32,000 bases of DNA from NCBI RefSeq assembly GCF_018336915.1, contig NZ_CP064923.1, positions 1,020,001 to 1,052,000 of the forward strand, in the 5' to 3' direction. Positions within the stretch are counted from its first letter, which is position 1. Every line of letters starts with the position of its first letter. The notes below the pieces were generated by a model that worked only from the letters and a program-made list of their open reading frames with translations, did not search any database and was not told where the DNA came from. Positions 9,478 through 19,462 of the stretch are shown one piece after another. The stretch is from Acaryochloris marina S15. GTDB taxonomy: Bacteria > Cyanobacteriota > Cyanobacteriia > Thermosynechococcales > Thermosynechococcaceae. Position numbers and translations under genes: made by a program.

Positions 9478-10289
9478 TCCTGGTCCCATCACAAAAGGGG
9501 GCAAAGACTTGGCTAATCGCCATTGGGGTTACCCAAATCTTGCTCCATCTCCTCTTAGTTCGTCGAAGCCAATATCCCTACCTCTTACCCGCCAGCAGTA
9601 TCTTTTGGGCCGCAACCGCCATGCAGCTTTACACGCAGCGCCATACTTTATCGCTGCGCGAACATCGAGCCACCGGGGGTGGGCTGCTGTTGCTGGCAGC
9701 CGTGGTCTATCGAGGGCTCCATACCTTTGAATCCGACTACTTCCTGCGACTCTATCCCCTGCTAGTGCTGGTGAGTCTGAGCCTCTTGGCTTCCGGTCTC
9801 CAGGGATTGGCTCAATACCAAGGGGGACTCTATCTCTTAGGCTTCTTTGCCATGCCTTGGGAGCTGCTCTACCTCCTCGATTTCACCCCCTGGACCACAC
9901 AGTTTTCCACGACGCTGCTCCGATTGATGGGCTTTACCGTCCATCAACAGGGCTTTACCATTGCCCTGCCAGGGGGTGCCATTGAGGTCTATAACGGTTG
10001 TTCTGGCGTGAGATCCATTACCCAACTCCTGGGCTTAGCCTGGATATATGTGATTCTGTCTGCCGTGCAGGGCCGCCAGAAATATCTCATTCTGCTGGGA
10101 GCTGTCTTAATCGGCTTCTTTGCCAATGGTTGCCGTGTGGCCCTACTGGCGATTCTCTCTAGTCAACCGGACACATTGCACTACTGGCATCAAGGCGATG
10201 GGTCGCTCCTGTTTTCACTGCTGGCCGTATTGCTGCTAGGGCTACTGCTTCTCAGTCTGCCCCCTCACCACGGGAGGTCTTTATCATGA
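9474..10289 (+). CDS. Exosortase-family transpeptidase (cyanoexosortase, probably the dedicated B type)
   Basis: Polytopic membrane protein. It carries the exosortase signature residues in context: YNGCSGVRSI (Cys), FFANGCRVALLAIL (Arg) and HYWHQGDGSLLF (His). The track ORF starts at 9450. The in-frame ATG at 9474 overlaps the upstream TGA (9475-9477) as ATGA, so I prefer it. Confidence 0.85.
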   Translation: MILVPSQKGAKTWLIAIGVTQILLHLLLVRRSQYPYLLPASSIFWAATAMQLYTQRHTLSLREHRATGGGLLLLAAVVYRGLHTFESDYFLRLYPLLVLVSLSLLASGLQGLAQYQGGLYLLGFFAMPWELLYLLDFTPWTTQFSTTLLRLMGFTVHQQGFTIALPGGAIEVYNGCSGVRSITQLLGLAWIYVILSAVQGRQKYLILLGAVLIGFFANGCRVALLAILSSQPDTLHYWHQGDGSLLFSLLAVLLLGLLLLSLPPHHGRSLS

Positions 10290-10957
10290 TCAGATGGTTT
10301 AAGCGAAACCCACTGGGGGTCGTTTGGGGAATAACGGTTTTGGTATTGGGGGTTGCGATCGCATCCTTCCAACCCCAAATCCCCCAAGTCGCTCCCTACC
10401 CATTTCCCCAAGTTATTCCCCTCGCAGATTGGACCTTCGCTGATAGTCAGCCGATTACGCCTGATCAAACCCCTGACTCCCAAGACATCCCTGGAGAGAT
10501 ATTGTCTGGACAACGGTATCACTATCGTCAAGACAACGCCGATCTCCAAATTGAAATGCGTTATCTCGCCCAGACCAATGGTGATCTGAAAGCCCTGATT
10601 AAACATCAGACAGGCAGTTTAGGCACGGTACTTCAATCAGCAGAAGGCGTGGGGACATTCAGCCTATTCACTCAAGGCCCCGAAAGCCAGCTGGATACCT
10701 GCATCAATCCTCGGGGAACCAGTACCGTCACTAGCGATCAATTCAAGCGCAATCGCACCCTTTACGATTGGCGATCCGGGCGTTTTCTGGGCTGGATGCT
10801 CGGCCAAGCCCCCCTCCATGACAATCGCTGTCTATGGACCCGAATGACCTTATCAACCTCAGTAGATGCCCCCTCAGTTGATCCATCTAAGGCATTAACA
10901 AACCCATGGGAAGACTGGCATCAATGGTGGCAACCTCACTTTCCACCGTTAGCCTAG
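10286..10957 (+). CDS. Exosortase-associated membrane-anchored protein (223 aa), function unknown
   Basis: Its ATG at 10286 overlaps the exosortase TGA (10287-10289). It has one N-terminal hydrophobic helix (LGVVWGITVLVLGVAIASF), then a soluble domain with two Cys residues (DTCINPRG, HDNRCLW). The call rests on position, not on a recognised motif. Confidence 0.6.
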   Translation: MIRWFKRNPLGVVWGITVLVLGVAIASFQPQIPQVAPYPFPQVIPLADWTFADSQPITPDQTPDSQDIPGEILSGQRYHYRQDNADLQIEMRYLAQTNGDLKALIKHQTGSLGTVLQSAEGVGTFSLFTQGPESQLDTCINPRGTSTVTSDQFKRNRTLYDWRSGRFLGWMLGQAPLHDNRCLWTRMTLSTSVDAPSVDPSKALTNPWEDWHQWWQPHFPPLA

Positions 10958-11047
10958 AACCAATACAGCCCAAAGAAGCCCACTTTCTCCCCAAGTTTGG
11001 TGAAGGCAGAACCTAGAGATCAGCTCTCTCCTAAACCACCAGCCCAT

Positions 11048-11548
11048 TTATCGTGCCAAGACATCCGGCCAATTTTTGTCAGCTTCAGCAATATTCCCTG
11101 GAATATCCCCTTCCCACTGCTTCTGAACATCAAGACTGTAATTAAGATACAGCTTGCCATCTACAATTTTCCAGGCCTGAGGATCGATAGAGGCAGTGGT
11201 GCCTTTCTTCACAGCCCAAGCACAATAGCCCCCATACTGGGGCGCATACTTTTCAGGATTGCTGGCAAAAGAATCCCGATTTTCAGCACTGGCAAACTGC
11301 CAAGTGGCCCCCTGCCAGTCATGGGAGAATTCTCCTTTTCCTTTTACTGGAGCGCCATCCGTAAAGTAAGCCACCGGATCATATCCTCGAATTGCCGCAC
11401 CATCCGCAGAAAAAACGGCAGGCTTAGTGTTGGTTTGGCTCTGTTCAGCCCCAGATTCAGAGCTAGAGGTCGAAGGATCTGTACAGCCGATACTTAAACC
11501 CATTCCCAGCACTAACACTGCTGGCCAGAGTGCAAATTTAAAATTCAT
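11048..11548 (-). CDS. YHS-domain protein with a signal peptide (possible lipoprotein)
   Basis: The N-terminus MNFKFALWPAVLVLGMGLSIGC ends in Cys. The YHS-type block follows: AIRGYDPVAYFTDGAPVKGKGEFSHDWQGATWQFASAENRDSFASNPEKYAPQYGGYCAWAV. Confidence 0.8.
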   Translation of the reverse strand: MNFKFALWPAVLVLGMGLSIGCTDPSTSSSESGAEQSQTNTKPAVFSADGAAIRGYDPVAYFTDGAPVKGKGEFSHDWQGATWQFASAENRDSFASNPEKYAPQYGGYCAWAVKKGTTASIDPQAWKIVDGKLYLNYSLDVQKQWEGDIPGNIAEADKNWPDVLAR

Positions 11549-11767
11549 AGACCAACCTCATAACGAATTACAACAAGCAGACGAAACATGCTCTCAGAAT
11601 AATACTGAGCTGCAAACATGAGAATGTTGTGAACTCACCCTGAAAAGATACAGTCGACGGCCTGTGATTCCACCCCTCGATACCATCCTAGAGAAAACAC
11701 CGTGATTGAGACATGACAGCGCTTTGGCTACTTATGCCATAATCCGTAGCATCCTGACCATGAGGTA

Positions 11768-12388
11768 ATGCCAGTGACTCCTTCCGATCAGATATGCTGC
11801 TGTTCCTGGGTCGACCTGGGCAAACCTGATTATGTCCAGTATCACGATCAGGAGTGGGGCATTCCCGTCTATGACGATCTGCATTTGTTTGAGCATCTAG
11901 TCCTGGAGTCTTCTCAAGCAGGCTTGAGCTGGTATACCGTCCTTCGTAAACGCGAAAATTACCGAATTGCATTTGATCAGTTCAATCCCCAACAGATTGC
12001 CCACTACGATGCAGCCAAAATAGAGACCCTAATGGGCAATGCGGGCATTATTCGCAACCGCAAAAAGATAGAGGCCATTATTGGCAACGCTCGCGTCTTT
12101 TTACAGATTCAGGCAGAATTTGGTAGCTTTGCTAGCTATAGCTGGCGTTTTGTGGGCGGACAGCCCATCGTCAATACCTTTAGTGCATCCGATACCTGGC
12201 CCACCACTAGTCCAGAATCCGATGCCATGAGCAAGGACCTTCGCAAACGAGGCTTTAAGTTTTTTGGCTCAACGATCTGTTATGCCCATATGCAGGCCAC
12301 GGGCATGGTGAATGACCATAGTGTCGAGTGTTTCCGCCGCCAAGAGATTATTGACAGCTACGTCCCGATTTTGAGTCAGTCTCCCTAA
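11768..12388 (+). CDS. tag: DNA-3-methyladenine glycosylase I
   Basis: CCSWVDLGKPDYVQYHDQEWGIPVYDDLHLFEHLVLESSQAGLSWYTVLRKRENYRIAF is the characteristic Tag N-terminal region, and the length (~206 aa) fits. Confidence 0.9.
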   Translation: MPVTPSDQICCCSWVDLGKPDYVQYHDQEWGIPVYDDLHLFEHLVLESSQAGLSWYTVLRKRENYRIAFDQFNPQQIAHYDAAKIETLMGNAGIIRNRKKIEAIIGNARVFLQIQAEFGSFASYSWRFVGGQPIVNTFSASDTWPTTSPESDAMSKDLRKRGFKFFGSTICYAHMQATGMVNDHSVECFRRQEIIDSYVPILSQSP

Positions 12389-12415
12389 GATTTCAAGATT
12401 TAAGATTTCAAGATT
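12386..12415. repeat. Perfect tandem duplication of a 15-mer (TAAGATTTCAAGATT x2) beginning at the tag stop codon
   Basis: Read directly. The two copies, 12386-12400 and 12401-12415, are identical. Confidence 0.9.
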
Positions 12416-12966
12416 AATGTTCGATAATACCCACTTTGGGTGTTACAAATGTTGAGAATGGGACAATCAGCACTTATTACTAGAAGAAGAGAGGCTACCT
12501 TAACAATTATCCACTTCACTAGAGAGCAGGTTCTGATACGAGTGCGGTTAGTGAAATTGGCTAGACATATCGGTTTTCTTTCTCTATTTATAGAACTTAA
12601 TAAATCTAGCAATGCTTAGCTAGAATAGCCTTCAGAAATAGGCTGGCTTTTAATTTTGCCGCAAAGAAATAAAAATACAGATGAAAAATACAATATTCGT
12701 CCCAAAATAGCAGATACTCTACCCATAGACTTAATCCTTATCTCTATCGATAGATTATTAGTTGTTGGTGTGAGTTTATTGCCCTTATTGCCGTGTTTAC
12801 ATGTCTTAGAAGCCCATTCTCCTAAATACAGAAGGATGCCAGTATTTTGGTTTGAGGCTTGACCTCTAGATCTGATACTGATGAGTGTGCTTTTCCCACA
12901 ATCCTGAGGCAGATTGGGTATTATAGTGTGAACTTCTTTCATTAGTGTCCCATCCTTCGAATTGCC

Positions 12967-13830
12967 ATGGCTCGATATACTCGTTCCCTATCAGTTGCAT
13001 TATCTTTGAGCAACTGTCTTACACAATTGAAGGCTGTGTTGGAGAGTTGTGATTTAGAAGCGCTTTTCTCTAAAGAGGACTGCATCATTGCCCGCGAGAA
13101 ACCGGGCAAGGTCCCCTTTGCCAAACTCGTTACCATTGAAGTTTTAGTCGACAGCACCAGGGCTACCAGCAACGTCACAAATATGGATGTTGTGGTTAAG
13201 AATGAAGAATTACCACTACAAAGTAATAATCATTGTTTTCAAATTTTTGATCAGTTCAGTCAAGCCATCAATCAGCATTCGGGTTGGCAAGTCATAGCTG
13301 AAGCAGAAGAGCCCAATCAATCGCAAACAGCATCAGCAGAATCCCCGGCAACCCCAACAGCAGCCACTACCCCCCAGGCCACCCTTAAAATAGAGACAGC
13401 TCCTGCAGCAGCCCAACCCCTCGCCTCAGAGCCCATTGCACCGGTCTCAGCTAACGCTCAAGCTGAGCCTGTCGTTCAGCTACCCAAGGCGGCTGATCTT
13501 CCCCTGCCACAATCTTTCACAGATACCGCTCCAGAGCTAGCTACTCCTCCAGAATCAGTCCAATCCAACACAAATGACTCGATTAACCTAGAGCCGACAG
13601 CGGAAAAGCGGGTGCAGACGACTGCCAACTTAGAGGAACTGCGGCAAAAACGGGCAGAAAGCGTTGCCAATTTGGAACGTCTAAGACAGAAACGAGCAGA
13701 AAGCATTGCCAACCTGGAAAAGATGCGGCAAAAGCGAGAGCGCATGTTTGCGGCCAATGAGAGAGAGGGGACTGGAGAGGATATTAGCTCTCTCGATTTA
13801 CCTGAGCGGCCTTCGACCTCCCAGGCATAG
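12967..13830 (+). CDS. Hypothetical protein: structured N-terminal ~110 aa, Pro/Ala/Thr/Gln-rich linker, three 14-aa heptad-like repeats
   Basis: ATG at 12967. The low-complexity stretch is AESPATPTAATTPQATLKIETAPAAAQPLASEPIAPVSANAQAEP. The C-terminal repeats are ANLEELRQKRAESV / ANLERLRQKRAESI / ANLEKMRQKRERMF. Confidence 0.65.
   Translation: MARYTRSLSVALSLSNCLTQLKAVLESCDLEALFSKEDCIIAREKPGKVPFAKLVTIEVLVDSTRATSNVTNMDVVVKNEELPLQSNNHCFQIFDQFSQAINQHSGWQVIAEAEEPNQSQTASAESPATPTAATTPQATLKIETAPAAAQPLASEPIAPVSANAQAEPVVQLPKAADLPLPQSFTDTAPELATPPESVQSNTNDSINLEPTAEKRVQTTANLEELRQKRAESVANLERLRQKRAESIANLEKMRQKRERMFAANEREGTGEDISSLDLPERPSTSQA
13624..13749 (+). repeat. In-frame 42-bp tandem repeat x3 (coding repeat)
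   Basis: The units are 13624-13665, 13666-13707 and 13708-13749. Each begins GCCAA(C/T)(T/C)T(A/G)GA(G/A). Confidence 0.85.
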
Positions 13831-13832
13831 CA

Positions 13833-14381
13833 CTAATCAAAATAGAATAGAGTTACTAGCTTACGTAGCTCTTCAGCTTCCTGGCAGGTCTTCAGTAAGG
13901 TGTGGCTGTCATGAAAGGCGAAGCAAATAAGCTGATCACATCGAGCTACGATTTCCTGGTTACAGATGGCGCTGGCTTCTGCTAGAGACAGATTGTCATG
14001 TTCTGGCTTTTCCACCAGGTGCATCACCTTCTCCAACAACCGTTGGGACTCAGGGGGCTGCTCCGTCATGCTTTGGGGTAAAACAACCGTCAATAACTTT
14101 GGATCCGCCCGCATAGCGCCTCGAATCGCAGCAGCATTGGTGCCAATCGCACCCGATGTGAGGAGGCGATTTCCAGAAAGGGCTAATGCATAACTCATCA
14201 TTTCTATGATGTGCTGATGCATGAGGGGAACGTGGCGAGAACCCAAAATAGCAATGCGCTTGGAACTGGTCTGTTGAATCGCTGCTAGTTCTTGTAGAAA
14301 CTCGTCAGCTTTGGGGTCGCCAACCTGAGGTAAATCGAGAGACTGGCTCAAAGAGGTACTGTGCCAAAACAACCCAGCCAT
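13833..14381 (-). CDS. DprA/Smf-like Rossmann-fold-only protein (SLOG superfamily), 182 aa
   Basis: IAILGSRHVPLMHQHIIEMMSYALALSGNRLLTSGAIGTNAAAIRGAMRADPKLLTVVLPQ follows the DprA core pattern GSR...(x)n...SG.A.G.(D/N)..A..GA. It is too short to carry the SAM-like N-terminal or winged-helix C-terminal domains of full-length DprA. Confidence 0.7.
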   Translation of the reverse strand: MAGLFWHSTSLSQSLDLPQVGDPKADEFLQELAAIQQTSSKRIAILGSRHVPLMHQHIIEMMSYALALSGNRLLTSGAIGTNAAAIRGAMRADPKLLTVVLPQSMTEQPPESQRLLEKVMHLVEKPEHDNLSLAEASAICNQEIVARCDQLICFAFHDSHTLLKTCQEAEELRKLVTLFYFD

Positions 14382-14430
14382 TTTAACAAAGGTCAGTCAG
14401 ATTTTGGGGGTGATGGATGGAGTTTATTCT

Positions 14431-15339
14431 TTACAGCCAAGGTTGACCTTGAATATCATCCCAAATCAGAGAAAGTAAGTCAGAATTCGTGGCATCAAAC
14501 CAATGAATGGCAGAATTCGCTCTAAACCAGGTACGTTGACGCTTGGCGAACTGACGAGTATGAAGAATAGTTTGGGCCGTTGCTTCTTCGAGGGAAGCTT
14601 GCTGGTGCAAATAGGCCTTCATTTCTTGATATCCCAAGGTTTCTAAGAGGGGGAGTTCGGCCCCATAGTGTTCAATGAGTTCCTGTACTTCAGCCAGCCA
14701 GCCCTGTTCCAACATAGCGGCAGTACGCTGTTGAATGATGGCTGTGTGCTGATCCAGATCACTAATGTCTAAACCAATCTGCAAAATGGGGTAAGACGGC
14801 GGATTTTTGCCTTGCTGGGCGGATAGGGGTATACCGGTGGTGTAAAAAACTTCCAATGCCCTTAAGGTGCGGACTTGATCATGGGCATGGATTTTTTGGG
14901 CAGCTTGCGGATCAACTTGCTGGAGCCATTGGTAGATCTGGGATTGGTCTTGGGATTGGAGTTGCGATCGCAACTCCAATTGCGGCGGCACTCGCGGCAT
15001 TTTTAGCCCATCAACAATGGCTCGAATATAGAGTCCAGTTCCTCCCACCATCAGCGGCGTTTGGCCTTGAGCATGAAATTTAGAAATTAAAGCTTGGGCC
15101 TGTTGTTGATAGTCGGCAACGGTCAAAGTCTCGGTGGGATCACAGATATCGATCAGATAGTGAGGGACTTGTTCTTGATCTGTTACAGAAGGTTTGGCGG
15201 TACCAATATCAAACCCTCGATAGACTTGCCGGGAGTCAGCACTTAGAATGGGTGCACCTAAACGTTGAGCCAAAGCCAGTGCCAGAGAGGATTTTCCCGT
15301 GGCCGTTGGCCCACAAACTACAATTAACCCTGGCGTCAT
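14431..15339 (-). CDS. miaA: tRNA dimethylallyltransferase
   Basis: P-loop VVCGPTATGKSSLALALAQRLGAPILSADSRQVYRGFDIGTAKP, with full-length collinearity (302 aa). Confidence 0.95.
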   Translation of the reverse strand: MTPGLIVVCGPTATGKSSLALALAQRLGAPILSADSRQVYRGFDIGTAKPSVTDQEQVPHYLIDICDPTETLTVADYQQQAQALISKFHAQGQTPLMVGGTGLYIRAIVDGLKMPRVPPQLELRSQLQSQDQSQIYQWLQQVDPQAAQKIHAHDQVRTLRALEVFYTTGIPLSAQQGKNPPSYPILQIGLDISDLDQHTAIIQQRTAAMLEQGWLAEVQELIEHYGAELPLLETLGYQEMKAYLHQQASLEEATAQTILHTRQFAKRQRTWFRANSAIHWFDATNSDLLSLIWDDIQGQPWL

Positions 15340-15424
15340 TGCCGCTGAATCCTAAAGAATTAATAATGCAACCCCAATGTAAATAGCCCTTAAGACAGGT
15401 CTAAAATCGCTTAAAAGGCATTTG

Positions 15425-15433
15425 TGATAGAAT
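15425..15433 (+). promoter_or_regulatory. Candidate extended -10 promoter element for gyrB (TGATAGAAT)
   Basis: TG-N-TAGAAT lies 68 nt upstream of the gyrB ATG. This is a consensus match only, and I found no convincing -35 element. Confidence 0.3.
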
Positions 15434-15500
15434 TTGGGGGGTTTTTTGTATTTACCCAAACCAACATAGCTTTAAGTCGCTTATAGGAGCGCTTCATTAA

Positions 15501-17441
<1,941 letters not shown>

Positions 17442-17489
17442 AGAGTCCCTGCGATACCTCTAGCCTTCTACAACGGCGCTGGACTTGCT

Positions 17490-17523
17490 TTCCTCCATCA
17501 ACCTAGCAAAGGAGATGGAGGAA
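17490..17523. terminator. Perfect 10-bp-stem hairpin between convergent gyrB and a small membrane-protein gene (possible bidirectional terminator, no U-tract)
   Basis: TTCCTCCATC (17490-17499) pairs with GATGGAGGAA (17514-17523) across a 14-nt loop. There is no T-run on either side, so terminator function is uncertain. Confidence 0.3.
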
Positions 17524-17527
17524 GAAC

Positions 17528-17710
17528 TCAGCGCAGGTTCTCTAAAGCAGCTAGGAGACCAGCAAGGATAGCTAGCAGAACCAAGCCCCAAATCACAAAG
17601 CCAGGGAAAAAGGTTATTACTTCTAGACCGCGGAGGATATAGACCGCAATGGCACCAGAGAGAAAGAAAAAGAACCACTTCGCGGCCCATGATTGTGCAA
17701 ACTGTCCCAT
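17528..17710 (-). CDS. Small two-helix membrane protein (60 aa), hypothetical
   Basis: It starts at an ATG 22 nt downstream of the kinase gene stop. There are two clear hydrophobic helices (WFFFFLSGAIAVYIL; FFPGFVIWGLVLLAILAGLLAAL). I prefer it to the overlapping ORF 17460-17690, which is Cys/Ser/Pro-rich and not protein-like. Confidence 0.45.
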   Translation of the reverse strand: MGQFAQSWAAKWFFFFLSGAIAVYILRGLEVITFFPGFVIWGLVLLAILAGLLAALENLR

Positions 17711-17732
17711 GCTTTGTCCTCTGTTGCTAGGT

Positions 17733-18434
17733 CTATGTTAGCCAAAACTCATTAAAAACAAAGCCCAAGGCCGCACTGGCAATAGGCACTGTCAGGTTGT
17801 CAACTCCCCATTTGGAAAAGGCTTCTAGGGTAGAAACAATCACGGAAATAGCAACAGCACTCACCCAAGTTGCCATAATATTGCCCTGGGTGATCCACAA
17901 AATCCCATAGATGATCAGACAGCTGACGACTGCCATACTCAAAGAGCCTTCCCAACTCTTTTTCATTCCCCAGGCTTGATAGGGATGTCGGCCAAATCGC
18001 TGGCCAATTAGAGCCGCCAAGCCATCACCCCAAGTCATAGTCAAAATACCAATGGCAGCATATTGAGGCAGCTTTAAGGGCCAAAACCAAGCAATCAGGA
18101 TGCCGATGCTCAAGGCATAGAAAAAGGTCCCTAAACTTTTGCGCCCTACGCCACTCACACTAGACAAAATGGGGTAACGGTAGGAGAGCAGAGTAACAAT
18201 GCTAAAAATGACCGAAGCTGCAATACCAACCCAAGTGGGCACATCCAGCCACCAAGCCAACAAAATGACATTGCCTGTGCCAATATGCACTACTTTACGG
18301 GTGATTTCAGGATCAGTAGTGATCAGTCGCTTCAGGAGTTCAGCACTTCCGATCACAATTCCTAGCCATATTCCCACCAGCAAGAGTTGAGCGGTAATGG
18401 AACTAGGTGGGCTTGGCAATGCAAACACGGTCAA
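17733..18434 (-). CDS. Polyprenol/phytol kinase-like membrane protein (VTE5 / CTP-dependent kinase family)
   Basis: Polytopic 233-aa protein. It carries the family motif WGDGLAALIGQRFGRHPY and KVVHIGTGNVILLAW. Confidence 0.7.
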   Translation of the reverse strand: MTVFALPSPPSSITAQLLLVGIWLGIVIGSAELLKRLITTDPEITRKVVHIGTGNVILLAWWLDVPTWVGIAASVIFSIVTLLSYRYPILSSVSGVGRKSLGTFFYALSIGILIAWFWPLKLPQYAAIGILTMTWGDGLAALIGQRFGRHPYQAWGMKKSWEGSLSMAVVSCLIIYGILWITQGNIMATWVSAVAISVIVSTLEAFSKWGVDNLTVPIASAALGFVFNEFWLT

Positions 18435-18835
18435 TTAATCCACTATCAATTCGGCCAATGACCTTCACTGTAGTGGATTCTGCTAGTCCTGGAAAGTGGA
18501 TTGCTTCTGATGCCAATGCTTGTAATCCTCCTCACCTGTGGGGACAACAGACCCCAATGAACAATGGCATGGCAGTCACCTCATATTGATGGTCATCCTC
18601 CTCAAGAACCAAGTGGGTTGTTGGACTCATCAGGTCTTCTTATGCCGTTTAATCTTGACCCTCAAGTTAGCTTTAAGGATTAGCTTGAGTACAGGGGAAT
18701 AGTCCTTTATACCCAAGCAAAATTAGTACCCTATCTCGCAAGAGTTAAGTCTTTAGATCCTGGTATCACCCCCAAGGGATTGAATAGGCTGGAAACAAGA
18801 AACAAACCTCATCCAGTCAGGAGCCACACCATCTT

Positions 18836-19294
18836 ATGAAGTTCCGTTCTTCACTTTTAATCGCAGCAGTTCTTTTACCAACAGTTGGCCTAGTCAACAT
18901 GGGGCAACCCTCTCAAGCCCAGCCCGACCAAAACCCATCCACTGTGCTGGCACAACGCCAAAAGCTGAGTCCAGAAGAACGGGCTGCCAAGCGGGAAAAG
19001 CGGGCTGCACAATTTAAGCAGACCCTAGGCTTAACGGATACCCAAGTCACTCAAATCAAATCTATTCGTGACTCCTATCGCCCCAAGATGAAAACCTTAC
19101 GCCAAGAGGCGAAAACACTGCGTGACGGTGGTGCCAATAAAGACCAACTCCAAGCCCTTCGCCAGCAACGAAAAGAATTGCGTCAGCAAATGTACAACGA
19201 TATCAAAGCTGAGCTGACACCCGAGCAAGCACAGAAATTAGAAGAACTCAAAGCTCAAAGAAAAGCCCAGAAGCGCAGTCGCCGTCGTCGCTAA
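18836..19294 (+). CDS. Periplasmic Spy/CpxP-like LTXXQ-motif protein
   Basis: Signal peptide MKFRSSLLIAAVLLPTVGLVNMGQPSQA. Two LTXXQ motifs are present (LGLTDTQVTQIK; ELTPEQAQKLEEL), in a highly charged helical sequence. Confidence 0.7.
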   Translation: MKFRSSLLIAAVLLPTVGLVNMGQPSQAQPDQNPSTVLAQRQKLSPEERAAKREKRAAQFKQTLGLTDTQVTQIKSIRDSYRPKMKTLRQEAKTLRDGGANKDQLQALRQQRKELRQQMYNDIKAELTPEQAQKLEELKAQRKAQKRSRRRR

Positions 19295-19347
19295 CATTTC
19301 TAAGCGATCGGCACACCCAAAATACTCTGCACCTTTGATTCTCGCTC

Positions 19348-19398
19348 AACACCCATGAACCAGACGTCTGATCAGCTTCTGAGTCGTGGGTGTTTTAT
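19348..19398 (+). terminator. Candidate rho-independent terminator after the Spy-like gene
   Basis: AACACCCA (19348-19355) pairs with TGGGTGTT (19387-19394). The interior is partly complementary, and the element runs into TTTTAT. Confidence 0.45.
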
Positions 19399-19462
19399 CT
19401 CAAAATGTCTCGCGCAATCACACCGCTCTAAAATTCAAAGGCAGGATTCTGATCAGACCAGA

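Noticed and set aside
10997-11497. A 166-aa plus-strand ORF antisense to the YHS-domain gene and exactly the same length as it.
   Set aside because: The minus-strand product has a signal peptide and a clear YHS block. The plus-strand translation is Ser/Arg/Pro/Ile-rich with no motif and starts at a non-ATG codon. It is a typical antisense shadow ORF.
12616-13178. ORFs 12616-12942 (minus), 12656-12862 (plus) and 12942-13178 (minus) in or next to the AT-rich gap.
   Set aside because: Their composition is not protein-like and they have no motifs. The last one is antisense to the better-supported 12967-13830 gene. A decayed gene cannot be excluded without BLASTX.
13476-13757. A 93-aa minus-strand ORF across the 42-bp repeat region.
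   Set aside because: It is open only because the repeats lack stops on the opposite strand. The plus-strand frame gives coherent heptad-like repeats and continues as a 287-aa ORF.
19295-19462. Absence of leuD next to leuC.
   Set aside because: leuC and leuD are unlinked in several cyanobacteria, so this is not an anomaly.
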